Of a stretch of DNA of 64,000 nucleotides, positions 1 through 9,732 are shown piece after piece. The position numbers and the translations under genes are program-made. Position 1 is the stretch's first letter. Each line of letters begins with the position of its first letter. The stretch lies in assembly GCF_056746865.1 (NCBI RefSeq), contig NZ_CM163382.1. One strand, 5' to 3'. Below the pieces are notes generated by a model, which saw only the letters and a list, made by a program, of their open reading frames with translations, was not told where the DNA came from and ran no database searches.

Positions 1-317
1 GCGCAGACACCAAGCTCCAGCGTGGCCTGAAAGCGCGGCACGAACTCTTCCCAAACCGGGATGCGGCTTTTCATCGAAATGCCTAAATCGCCGTGCATTA
101 CGCTCCAAATGTAATTGAGATACTGCTGCCACATCGGTTTATCTAAGCCGAGTTCAGCCAGCAGCTGCGCGTGACGCTCTGGGGAGATCCCACGTTCGCC
201 CGCCATGATCATCACCGGATCGCCCGGGATCATGTGGACAAAGGCAAATGTGAGAAGGGTAATACCGATAAACGTGGGGATGACGAGTCCCAAACGTCGG
301 AGAATAAACTGCAACAT
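1..317 (-). CDS. dppB: Dipeptide ABC transporter permease DppB, N-terminal portion; gene continues beyond window start
   Basis: Reverse complement of 1..317 reads MLQFILRRLGLVIPTFIGITLLTFAFVHMIPGDPVMIMAGERG...; ATG at complement 315..317; truncated by window edge. Confidence 0.9.
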   Translation of the reverse strand, partial: MLQFILRRLGLVIPTFIGITLLTFAFVHMIPGDPVMIMAGERGISPERHAQLLAELGLDKPMWQQYLNYIWSVMHGDLGISMKSRIPVWEEFVPRFQATLELGVC

Positions 318-420
318 AACCCGGATTCTCTGTAGTGACCCGCAGCCTGGAACTGCGTGTCTGTATTGCTCACAAATCAATTCCCGCCCAGGTCGGGCAG
401 GGAATGAAGTATTGCTGCCG

Positions 421-450
421 GATGGCGCTGCACGCAGAGGCACAGCGCCA
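421..450 (-). terminator. GC-rich hairpin (ggcgctg...cagcgcc) in dppA-dppB intergenic space; candidate intra-operon attenuator or mRNA-stabilising stem
   Basis: Inverted repeat read directly between dppA stop (468) and dppB start (317). Confidence 0.35.
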
Positions 451-467
451 CCGGGTATGGCTTTTAA

Positions 468-2075
468 TTATTCGATAGAGACGTTTTCGAAGTGATGTTT
501 GCCTAATGGATCAACCACATAGCCTTTAACTTCTTTGCGTACCGGTTCAAACACGGTGGAGTGAGCGATGATCAGTGCCGGAGCCTGATCGTGCATCACC
601 ACCTGCGCTTGCTTGTACAGTTCAACGCGTTTGTTATGGTCGTCGGTAGCACGCGCCGGTTGAATCAGATCTTCAAACGGTTTGTAGCACCATTTTGAGT
701 AGTTGGAGCCTTGTTCAGAGGCGGCGCAGCTGAACAGGGTGGCGAAGAAGTTATCCGGATCCCCATTATCGCCAGTCCAGCCCATCATTACCGTCTGGTG
801 CTCGCCATCTTTCGCACGCTTGAGGTACTCACCCCATTCGTAGGTGACAATTTTGGCCTGCACGCCGACTTTCGCCCAGTCTGCCTGAATCATCTCCGCC
901 ATGCGGCGAGCGTTCGGGTTATACGGACGTTGTACCGGCATCGCCCACAGGTCGATGGAGAAACCTTTTTCCAGACCCGCTTCTTTCAGCAAGGCTTTCG
1001 CTTTTTCAGGATCGTAGGTGTAGTCCTGAACGTCGTCGTTATAGCCCCACATGGTTGGCGGGATCAGGTTTTTCGCTGCCACGCCCGCGCCCTGATAAAC
1101 CGCTTTGATGATAGCGTCTTTGTTCACCGCGTAGGTCAGAGCCTGGCGAACTTTCACGTCATCAAGTGGTTTTTTCTGCACGTTATATGAAAGATAGCCG
1201 ACGTTAAGCCCCGGCATTTCCATCAGATTGATGGATTTATCCTGCTTCATGCGAGCGATATCTGCCGGGTTCGGGTACGGCATCACCTGGCATTCATTCT
1301 TCTGCAATTTCGCGTAACGCACGGAAGCATCAGGGGTAATAGAGAAAACCAGCGTATCGATCTGCGGTTTGGTGCCCCAGTAGCCATCAAACGCTTTGTA
1401 GCGGATACGGGAATCTTTTTGGTACTGCTGTAACTGGAACGGACCGGTGCCGATTGGGTTGAGGTCCAGTTTTTCCGGTGTACCGGCTTTCATCATCGCG
1501 TCAGCATATTCTTTTGACAGAATAGAGGCGAAGTCCATTGCCAGGTCAGCGAGGAACGGCGCTTCCGGGCGAGTCAGCACAAACTGAACGGTGTTGTCGT
1601 CCACCTTTTTCACTTCGCTGATCAGCTCCGGCAAGCCCATGCCTTCAAAGTATTCGTAGCTGCCGCCAGAAACTTTATGGTACGGGTTTTGCGCGTTTTT
1701 CTGACGATCGAACGAGAACACCACGTCATCGGCGTTCAGTTCGCGCGTCGGTTTGAATTCTTTGTTGTCGTGCCACTTCACACCTTTACGCAGATGGAAG
1801 GTATAGGTTTTACCGTCTTCGCTGACTTCCCACTTTTCAGCGAGGCCCGGGATTACTTCGGTGGTGCCGATTTTAAATTCAACCAGGCGGTTATAAAGCG
1901 GCACGGAAGAGGCGTCATAGGTGGTACCGGAGGTAAACAGCTGCGGGTTAAACCCTTCCGGAGATCCTTCTGAGCAATAAACCAGAGTTTTAGCCTGAAC
2001 ACTTGCTGCGACGGTCATAGCCACCAGGCTGAGACCAAGCTTCAGCATCCCTGACTTTTTCAAGGAAATACGCAT
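468..2075 (-). CDS. dppA: Periplasmic dipeptide-binding protein DppA (535 aa)
   Basis: ORF translation MRISLKKSGMLKLGLSLVAMTVAASVQAKTLVYCSEGSPEGFNPQLF... with signal peptide; family 5 SBP; sits upstream of dppB. Confidence 0.97.
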   Translation of the reverse strand: MRISLKKSGMLKLGLSLVAMTVAASVQAKTLVYCSEGSPEGFNPQLFTSGTTYDASSVPLYNRLVEFKIGTTEVIPGLAEKWEVSEDGKTYTFHLRKGVKWHDNKEFKPTRELNADDVVFSFDRQKNAQNPYHKVSGGSYEYFEGMGLPELISEVKKVDDNTVQFVLTRPEAPFLADLAMDFASILSKEYADAMMKAGTPEKLDLNPIGTGPFQLQQYQKDSRIRYKAFDGYWGTKPQIDTLVFSITPDASVRYAKLQKNECQVMPYPNPADIARMKQDKSINLMEMPGLNVGYLSYNVQKKPLDDVKVRQALTYAVNKDAIIKAVYQGAGVAAKNLIPPTMWGYNDDVQDYTYDPEKAKALLKEAGLEKGFSIDLWAMPVQRPYNPNARRMAEMIQADWAKVGVQAKIVTYEWGEYLKRAKDGEHQTVMMGWTGDNGDPDNFFATLFSCAASEQGSNYSKWCYKPFEDLIQPARATDDHNKRVELYKQAQVVMHDQAPALIIAHSTVFEPVRKEVKGYVVDPLGKHHFENVSIE

Positions 2076-2080
2076 TATTC

Positions 2081-2108
2081 TGCTCCAATTGTGATGTTTG
2101 TTGTTTTA
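2081..2108 (-). promoter_or_regulatory. dppA ribosome-binding site (GGAGCA) plus CA-rich leader element (UAAAACAACAAACAUCACAAUU), matching the GcvB sRNA target region described for dppA
   Basis: Reverse complement of 2081..2108 read directly; GcvB targeting of CA-rich dppA leader is established knowledge. Confidence 0.45.
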
Positions 2109-2642
2109 ACCCTTTGCAGTGGGTTGTCGCTGCCTGACCTTTTTTGTTTTTTGCCCGGTCGGGTCAACGTTATGAGGTGGGGATGCCGTACTAATTAACA
2201 TCAGTGTAACAGTGCGGATCCTCCATAAAATGCCCCTCGTGACCTACAATCTGTCAACAGAATGTGAAAACGTCAATACAGCCAACCGGGATTTACACCA
2301 ACGGTGAGAATCCACAAACAAAGATTAAAAAAACTTCAAACAGCTATTTGCAGCAGAGAAATTTGTGCTACTCCAACATGACCAGAACAATCAGCTTAAT
2401 ATTTAGCAACAATTGGTGATTAAGTTTTATGCATTTAGTGAAAAAAATCTGAGGAAAAGGTGGATATCTGAGCGATTAATACCATGAACGCTAAAACGCA
2501 CAGCGGAAAATGCCAGCGCCAGTCATAAGTAACGCAAAAAAAGATTTAAGCAAATATAAAAAAAGACAATGGTTTCTGTCACAAATCCGTTAATGGATAG
2601 TGAGATATGGGGCGCAATTTTGGCAGGGAAATGTGTGGTGTG

Positions 2643-2676
2643 TAGGTCGAATAAGGTGTTCACGCCGCATCCGACA
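2643..2676. repeat. REP palindromic unit (gtaggtcgaataaggtgttcacgccgcatccgac)
   Basis: Matches canonical E. coli REP consensus in sequence. Confidence 0.6.
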
Positions 2677-2693
2677 ATAAGTGCGGTGCCGTT

Positions 2694-2711
2694 GCCTGAT
2701 GCGACGCTGGC
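2694..2711. repeat. Left half of a second REP unit (gcctgatgcgacgctggc), interrupted by IS150
   Basis: Joins with 4144..4165 (tggcgcgtcttatcaggcctac) to reconstitute canonical REP gcctgatgcgacgctggcgcgtcttatcaggcctac. Confidence 0.6.
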
Positions 2712-3466
<755 letters not shown>

Positions 3467-3570
3467 ATCAGCATACTTGTCCTTAGCCTTCTGCAGTGAC
3501 AGCTGGTAGTACAGCGTGCTTCTGGCCAGCCCTGCAGCCTTTAACAGGTCAGACTGGCAGTGTCCGCACC

Positions 3571-4092
3571 TCAGGCTCCGGATGACTTTCGTTTTTTCTC
3601 CAGCTCCTGGCGCTTTTTTTCCAGGAGATGCTCCTGCATGGCTTTCAGATATGCATTTTCTGCGCGAAGATAACGCAGCTCATTCTTCATCTCTTCCGGC
3701 GTCATGTTTGCCTCGTTTTCATGGGTATCATCAGAACGGGTCATACTTTTCTCCTTCCTGCGCCTGATAAAGGCCTCATTACCAGATTTGCGGTAGCCTT
3801 TTATCCAGTTTTTAACCGTGTTGTGGCTGGGAATGTTAAACCGGGCAGCTACCCGGGGTAGAGACTCAGAATGCCCGAGAGCATAAAGAACCACGCAAAG
3901 TTTATCTTCAGGAGAATAGCTACGCTTGTGTCTGCAATCCAGTGCCCGAGGACCGTGAAGAAGAAAAAGATTAATCCAGTGTGAGAGGCTGGTGTGAGAA
4001 AGTTGAAAGAGTTTTGCCGTAGAAATGATGCCTGCATGACCAGCCAGGTAATGATTTACAGCGGCAAGTTTTACTTCAAATGAATGTTTCAT
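3571..4092 (-). CDS. insJ: IS150 transposase OrfA (InsJ), HTH DNA-binding protein, 173 aa
   Basis: Translation MKHSFEVKLAAVNHYLAGHAGIISTAKLFQLSHTSLSHWINLF...; ATG at complement 4090..4092 (ORF track starts 3 codons earlier at GTG). Confidence 0.9.
   Translation of the reverse strand: MKHSFEVKLAAVNHYLAGHAGIISTAKLFQLSHTSLSHWINLFLLHGPRALDCRHKRSYSPEDKLCVVLYALGHSESLPRVAARFNIPSHNTVKNWIKGYRKSGNEAFIRRRKEKSMTRSDDTHENEANMTPEEMKNELRYLRAENAYLKAMQEHLLEKKRQELEKKRKSSGA
3613..3620 (-). other. Programmed -1 ribosomal frameshift slippery heptamer A-AAA-AAG of IS150
   Basis: cttttttt on + strand = AAAAAAAG on coding strand near 3' end of insJ; IS150 frameshifting is established knowledge. Confidence 0.6.
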
Positions 4093-4143
4093 AAACTGCA
4101 CCTTCAGATGTCAGATTATGTCCAACATTTGGGGTGCAGTTCA

Positions 4144-4165
4144 TGGCGCGTCTTATCAGGCCTAC
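4144..4165. repeat. Right half of REP unit split by IS150
   Basis: tggcgcgtcttatcaggcctac; see 2694..2711. Confidence 0.6.
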
Positions 4166-4221
4166 GTCGAGTCGAACCTCCCTGCCCCCGGAGGTTCTCA
4201 TCCTCATGAGCTACAAATGCA

Positions 4222-4252
4222 AAAAAGCCTGCTCGCTGAGCAGGCATTTCGA
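4222..4252 (-). terminator. Rho-independent terminator of proK
   Basis: aaaaaagcctgctcgctgagcaggcatttcg: GC stem-loop followed by U-run on minus strand immediately 3' of tRNA. Confidence 0.75.
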
Positions 4253-4255
4253 ATT

Positions 4256-4332
<77 letters not shown>

Positions 4333-4423
4333 AATGCGGGGCGCATCTTACTGCGCAGATACGCCCTCGTCAATCCCTTAATAGCAAAATGCCTTTTGAT
4401 CGGCGAGAAAGTCAGCAGGCCTC

Positions 4424-6115
4424 TTAGTTAGCCGCCGCCTCTCTTGCCTGCGGGATGTGGCACCAGTTGTTGTTTTCGTTAATTCCACCATCAGGTGAAG
4501 TATAGCCAAGACACCCCATGATGGTGTCGTACAGCTCTACATGACGGCGTGGCACTTTCATGTCGGCTTCTTTTTTCAGCTGCGCAAATGCCTGCGCATT
4601 GACCGGATTTTCCAGATATTTATCTGACATCCAGACCATCATCGGCACGCGGAACTGCTCCGGCGGTGCCAGTTCACGCGGCGTGCCGTGCAGGTGCTCG
4701 CGTTCATTAATTGACTCACCGTGGTCAGCTGCGTAGAACACAATCGCTTTCTTATCGCGAACCTGATCAATCACGCTGGAGATAAAGTGATCCACATAGG
4801 TCACCGAGTTGTCATAGGAGTTGATCATCTGCGCTTTGGTACAGCCGCTATCAACACCAATACATTCCGGCTTCCACTGCGCAAAGCTGCGCGGGTAACG
4901 CTGGGTGTAGTTAAAGTGCGAACCTTTGGTATGCAAAATGATCAGATGCTTGCCATCCGGGTTGCGCCCCAGCGATTGCTGCATTTCGTCTACCAGCAAC
5001 ATATCATCTACCGGCTTGCCACGGTTACGTGGCTCCGCACCAATCTGCTCACGATAAGCAATGTTGTCTGCCATCGTGTTGCTGTAGAACCACATTTCGC
5101 TTTGCATAGCGTAGAGATCAGAACTGAATCCTAACTGCTTCAGCACCGCGAAAATGTTCTGTTCTTTTAATGTGCGCTGCGGATTATCTTCCGCGCCCCC
5201 CTGACGTACAAACATGCAACGCAGTGAGAGTTTAGTTGCGGTATCACAGGAGTAACCACGGAACGCCGCCAGATTTTTCTCCTGGGCCAGCTTCGGCGTG
5301 GTATTACGCTCATAGCCGAAAATGCCCATATGGTCCCAACGCGTGGTTTCACCAATGATAAACACGACATAAGTGTCATCAACGTTTTGCGGTGCCTGGT
5401 AAGTGAATTTCTTCGCCGGGTTAAGCAATGAATTATTATCGGAAGATTCATCGACCCGCGCCCAGGCATACAGCCCCAATGCCGAAAGCCAGTTTGATGG
5501 CAGATAAGAGTTCGCTACGACGCCGCCATAGCTGGGCAAATCAACACCGGTCGCCCTCTCCACTTTCTTCTGCTGGATATCCAGCAAACGAATCGGTGCC
5601 CAAACCATAATACCCGCCAGTACGACGACCGCCAGGCTGCGAATACGCTGCCCTGGGGTTCGCAGTTGTCGGAGCAAGGAGTAGCGACAGCGGTTATTCC
5701 AGATAAGGATAAGAGGCAATGCGCTAACGGCGATTAACCAGAGAATAAAGTTCAGACCAACAACTTCTTTTGACAGGTCGATATCGGTGGTCATGACGGA
5801 AGCGATGATGCCATAACCAATGACCACATTAAGGAAGGTCATGTAATAGCTGGCACCTGCGGAAAAGAGCACCACCAGCGACGCCAGAATACGCCAGCTA
5901 CGGCGGCCAAACAGCGAAAGAAGACGCAGTAAAAAGAAGGTTACCAGTACGGTGGCAGCCAGTTCAACAACAGCAGAAATGCCTTTCCAGACGGTAAAAT
6001 CGTGCGCATAGCTGCCGAAGCGGCGGTAAAAAACCGCGCCATTCATAAAAAGGCCAATATAGATTGCAAGCAAAAAGCTCAGCTTCTGCTGTGTAATCGA
6101 TTTGATGTATCTCAT
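4424..6115 (-). CDS. eptB: Kdo2-lipid A phosphoethanolamine transferase EptB
   Basis: Translation [34 protein letters not shown]... with sulfatase-type C-terminal domain; start placed at internal ATG 6113..6115. Confidence 0.93.
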   Translation of the reverse strand: MRYIKSITQQKLSFLLAIYIGLFMNGAVFYRRFGSYAHDFTVWKGISAVVELAATVLVTFFLLRLLSLFGRRSWRILASLVVLFSAGASYYMTFLNVVIGYGIIASVMTTDIDLSKEVVGLNFILWLIAVSALPLILIWNNRCRYSLLRQLRTPGQRIRSLAVVVLAGIMVWAPIRLLDIQQKKVERATGVDLPSYGGVVANSYLPSNWLSALGLYAWARVDESSDNNSLLNPAKKFTYQAPQNVDDTYVVFIIGETTRWDHMGIFGYERNTTPKLAQEKNLAAFRGYSCDTATKLSLRCMFVRQGGAEDNPQRTLKEQNIFAVLKQLGFSSDLYAMQSEMWFYSNTMADNIAYREQIGAEPRNRGKPVDDMLLVDEMQQSLGRNPDGKHLIILHTKGSHFNYTQRYPRSFAQWKPECIGVDSGCTKAQMINSYDNSVTYVDHFISSVIDQVRDKKAIVFYAADHGESINEREHLHGTPRELAPPEQFRVPMMVWMSDKYLENPVNAQAFAQLKKEADMKVPRRHVELYDTIMGCLGYTSPDGGINENNNWCHIPQAREAAAN

Positions 6116-6438
6116 GCAAACAAACCCTGGACAAACAGGTGATAACACCCTGCTTAACGGCTTTTCAGGCCCGGCAGGGGAAAAGTGCGGAGGTAGTCAG
6201 ATAAGTAAAATCTACACGCGCGAATAAGTAGACCACAGCAAAGGGAAAAAGTGTGGGGAAAGAGTGTGCACGAAGCACAAATTTACAAAAATGCAAGTTT
6301 GAAAAGAGACTTTAGCGTTACAAAAAGCAGTAAAAAGGGCCAGTTAACTGGCCCAAATTTTACGCGTCATTGTTTATACATTGCGTTGAAGCGTTTGATT
6401 CACACTAAGGCTAAAGCCCAGTAGCTCGCGGCAGATGA

Positions 6439-7647
6439 TTAAAGGGAGCCATGCGCCTCACGCAACATTTTCTGCTCTGGCTGACGAATCGTCGTAGAGA
6501 GCGCCAGTGACAGAATCAGCAGGGCGAAAATCACGTAGAAGGTCACATAGAAGCCGCCAAACAGTGAGGCGATAATCGACCCACAAATGCTGCCGATACC
6601 GAAACCGAGATAAATCACACCGTAGTTTTTCGCCAGGTTATTGAGGCCGAAGAACTCACTGACCAGTGACGGGAACACCGTGATAGTGCCGCCAAAGTTA
6701 AACGCCACGCAGGCAATCGCTGCAAAGAACGTCACTGCATTCAATGGTGCAAACAGCAGGGCCGCCATACCCACCAGCGAAATCACCTGACCAATGGTGA
6801 TAACACGGATTCGGGCGATTTTGTCAGACAGTATCCCCAGAACCAGACGACCTGAAAGGTTGGCGATGGAAATAACAGTGACTGCATTGGCTGCGGAAAC
6901 CACATCAAGGTGTGCCAGACTTTGGGCGATATCTTTCGCTACCCCAATCACGTACAGGCCGCTCATGCAGGCAGTCAGGAACATTACCGCTAACATCCAG
7001 TACTGCGGTTTACGCATCGACTCTGCCAGCGTGTAATCTTTCTCCACGATACCATTGCTGGTTTTCACTTCCTGTTTTGGTGCGTCTTTCATTAACGTTG
7101 CGCCGAAAACAATCATCACCAGCGCAATCGCTCCCCAAATCACAAATGTTTTTTCCAGACCCACCGTTTCGAGCAGCTGCGTGTCGATAAATTTGAACCC
7201 CAGGCTACCCAGACCATAAGAACCGATAGCGAACGCGGAGATCAGACCTTTACGCTCCGGGAACCACTTCACGCAGTTAGAGAGCGTCAGCAGGTAACCC
7301 GCGCCATCCGCCAGACCGACCAGCACACCGGCGCTTAACCACAGCATCATCAGGTTGTCAGAATGCGCTGTCAGGAAGAAGCCTAATCCCAGCAAAATGC
7401 CGGAAGCCATAGTGACGCGTTTAACGCCAAAACGTTCCTGTAATTTCCCCGCAACAGAAGATGAAATTGCCAGCCCCAGACTTAACAAGCCGAAAGAGAA
7501 AGCGACCTGGCTTACCGGCGCATCCAGCTTGGCAGAAAGCGCGCCGTTAAACAGGCTCCAGGTATAAACCGACCCCAGCGCAAACTGGGTAATGATAGTA
7601 CCGATGAGTGTCAACCAGCGGGTACGCTGATAATTTGAAGGTGTCAT
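6439..7647 (-). CDS. yhjX: MFS transporter YhjX (oxalate/formate antiporter-like; YpdA/YpdB-regulated)
   Basis: Translation MTPSNYQRTRWLTLIGTIITQFALGSVYTWSLF...; 12-TM MFS pattern; start at ATG 7645..7647. Confidence 0.92.
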   Translation of the reverse strand: MTPSNYQRTRWLTLIGTIITQFALGSVYTWSLFNGALSAKLDAPVSQVAFSFGLLSLGLAISSSVAGKLQERFGVKRVTMASGILLGLGFFLTAHSDNLMMLWLSAGVLVGLADGAGYLLTLSNCVKWFPERKGLISAFAIGSYGLGSLGFKFIDTQLLETVGLEKTFVIWGAIALVMIVFGATLMKDAPKQEVKTSNGIVEKDYTLAESMRKPQYWMLAVMFLTACMSGLYVIGVAKDIAQSLAHLDVVSAANAVTVISIANLSGRLVLGILSDKIARIRVITIGQVISLVGMAALLFAPLNAVTFFAAIACVAFNFGGTITVFPSLVSEFFGLNNLAKNYGVIYLGFGIGSICGSIIASLFGGFYVTFYVIFALLILSLALSTTIRQPEQKMLREAHGSL

Positions 7648-7730
7648 GGCAGTATTCCTGCAGTAATAAAAAGGAAAAATCTCTGCTGACAACCATAACG
7701 AAGTGCACTTTATGCCTGGGGAAAAACGGC

Positions 7731-7761
7731 ATGAAATGCCATCAGAACGGAATGAAATGCA
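7731..7761 (-). promoter_or_regulatory. Direct repeats ATGAAATGC(C/A) spaced 21 bp apart (reverse complement GGCATTTCAT), consistent with the YpdB (LytTR) binding site in the yhjX promoter
   Basis: Repeats at 7731..7740 and 7752..7761 read directly; YpdB control of yhjX is established knowledge. Confidence 0.55.
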
Positions 7762-7875
7762 TTAGTTCAGGAATGAATGACTCGACAATTATTCACCAAA
7801 TTTATTATTTAGTAAGTTAGCACCCACTATCGCCACAACTGTTGTTATCCAATGGTTTCAATTGTATCTATAACG

Positions 7876-8580
7876 TTAAAATCTGGCACTAACCCCCATC
7901 GTATACAGATAGTCGCTATTGTTAGTGGTATTTTCTGTCTGAGATAGCGCCGCATAGGCAGCAATATTTTGATTGAGCAACATATCAGCGCCTACGGTGA
8001 CATCCAGCCAGTTGCCGTTCTGGTTTGTCGCCGTCATCCGGCTCAGGCCTGATTGCGCCTTCCAGATATTCTCGCCAAATTGCTGGTTATAGCTGATTTG
8101 CGCCCAGGGTCGGAGATCGCCAAGCCGGGAGTCAACACGCCAGCCTAAGGTACTCACGCTGGCATGCCATAACGGATCGGCCAGCGTGGTAGTACTGTCG
8201 CCAAACTCGTTATACATCGAGGTGGTTGTGCCATCGTAATGTAATGCCGCGACCGGGCCGGTTGTAACCTGCTCATATAAAGGAAAATTCCAGCCCATAC
8301 TCATACTGCTGGTCACATCCACAGGAGTTTCTTCCGCCAGATTGACTTCCAGTCCCAGCGCCCTTTGGCTACTTTGAATACGTTGCGACAAAATATCGTT
8401 GTAATCAGGTTGATGATCACTATCCCAGGTGTAACGCTCTGTGGAATGTCCGGGTTGCGTATCAACGATATATTCTTGTTGCCAGGCGTAAGCTGTGTTG
8501 AGAAAAAAGGCACTGATTACCACACTCGCCAGCAGGCTTAGCTGCCAGCGACCACCGCTTTTTTTTATGATCATTAACAC
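7876..8580 (-). CDS. yhjY: YhjY, conserved protein with autotransporter-like beta-barrel domain
   Basis: Translation MLMIIKKSGGRWQLSLLASVVISAFFLNTAYAWQQEY... signal peptide plus beta-rich domain ending in F; start may be 2 codons downstream. Confidence 0.85.
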   Translation of the reverse strand: MLMIIKKSGGRWQLSLLASVVISAFFLNTAYAWQQEYIVDTQPGHSTERYTWDSDHQPDYNDILSQRIQSSQRALGLEVNLAEETPVDVTSSMSMGWNFPLYEQVTTGPVAALHYDGTTTSMYNEFGDSTTTLADPLWHASVSTLGWRVDSRLGDLRPWAQISYNQQFGENIWKAQSGLSRMTATNQNGNWLDVTVGADMLLNQNIAAYAALSQTENTTNNSDYLYTMGVSARF

Positions 8581-8731
8581 GACTCCAGGGAAGAGCCGAA
8601 TTCGGCAATATTATTGTCATTGTATGAAGGATATCGGGCATAGTAGCCCTGTATTAAATATTGACTTTTTCACCGATGCGTCAAGAAAAGCGGCTGAAAT
8701 TTTTACGATCGGGTACATAGCGAGGGAAAGT

Positions 8732-9295
8732 ATGGAACGTTGCGGCTGGGTGAGTCAGGACCCGCTTTATATTGCCTACCATGATAATGAATGGGGCGTG
8801 CCTGAAACTGACAGTAAAAAACTGTTCGAAATGATCTGCCTTGAAGGGCAGCAGGCTGGGTTATCGTGGATCACCGTCCTCAAAAAACGCGAAAACTATC
8901 GCGCCAGCTTTCATCAGTTCGATCCGGTGAAGGTGGCTGCAATGCAGGAAGAGGATGTCGAAAGACTGGTACAGGACGCCGGGATTATCCGCCATCGCGG
9001 GAAAATTCAGGCAATTATTGGTAATGCGCGGGCGTACCTGCAAATGGAACAGAACGGCGAACCGTTTGCCGACTTTGTCTGGTCGTTTGTCAATCATCAA
9101 CCACAGGTGACACAAGCCACAACGTTGAGCGAAATCCCTACATCTACGCCCGCCTCCGACGCTCTATCTAAAGCCCTGAAAAAGCGTGGTTTTAAGTTTG
9201 TTGGTACCACAATCTGTTACTCCTTTATGCAGGCATGTGGGCTGGTGAATGATCATGTGGTTGGCTGCTGTTGCTATCCGGGAAATAAACCATGA
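8732..9295 (+). CDS. tag: DNA-3-methyladenine glycosylase I (Tag), 187 aa
   Basis: Translation MERCGWVSQDPLYIAYHDNEWGVPETDSKKLFEMICLEGQQAGLSW...; start at ATG 8732. Confidence 0.95.
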   Translation: MERCGWVSQDPLYIAYHDNEWGVPETDSKKLFEMICLEGQQAGLSWITVLKKRENYRASFHQFDPVKVAAMQEEDVERLVQDAGIIRHRGKIQAIIGNARAYLQMEQNGEPFADFVWSFVNHQPQVTQATTLSEIPTSTPASDALSKALKKRGFKFVGTTICYSFMQACGLVNDHVVGCCCYPGNKP

Positions 9296-9732
9296 TTCGG
9301 GAAGCGCAACGTTCAGAACTCCCCGCGATCCTCGAACTGTGGCTGGAAAGTACAACCTGGGGGCATCCCTTTATAAAAGCGAATTACTGGCGTGATTGCA
9401 TTCCGCTGGTGCGGGATGCCTATCTTGCCAACGCGCAAAACTGGGTCTGGGAAGAAGACGGTAAGTTTCTCGGTTTTGTCAGCATTATGGAAGGCCGATT
9501 TCTGGCTGCAATGTTTGTCGCACCGAAGGCCGTCAGACGCGGTATTGGTAAGGCGCTGATGCAGTATGTGCAGCAGCGCCATCCCCATCTGATGCTGGAG
9601 GTTTATCAAAAAAATCAACCGGCGATAGATTTCTACCATGCGCAGGGTTTTCACATTGTCGACTGCGCATGGCAGGATGAAACCCAACTACCCACCTGGA
9701 TTATGAGCTGGCCGGTGGTTCAAACGCTGTAA
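9292..9732 (+). CDS. yiaC: GNAT family N-acetyltransferase YiaC
   Basis: Translation [33 protein letters not shown]...; overlaps tag stop by 4 bp. Confidence 0.92.
   Translation: MIREAQRSELPAILELWLESTTWGHPFIKANYWRDCIPLVRDAYLANAQNWVWEEDGKFLGFVSIMEGRFLAAMFVAPKAVRRGIGKALMQYVQQRHPHLMLEVYQKNQPAIDFYHAQGFHIVDCAWQDETQLPTWIMSWPVVQTL

Noticed and set aside
205-495. 96-aa ORF across the dppB start and dppA-dppB intergenic hairpins
   Set aside because: Overlaps the dppB N-terminus in another frame and runs through structured intergenic sequence; no RBS; likely spurious.
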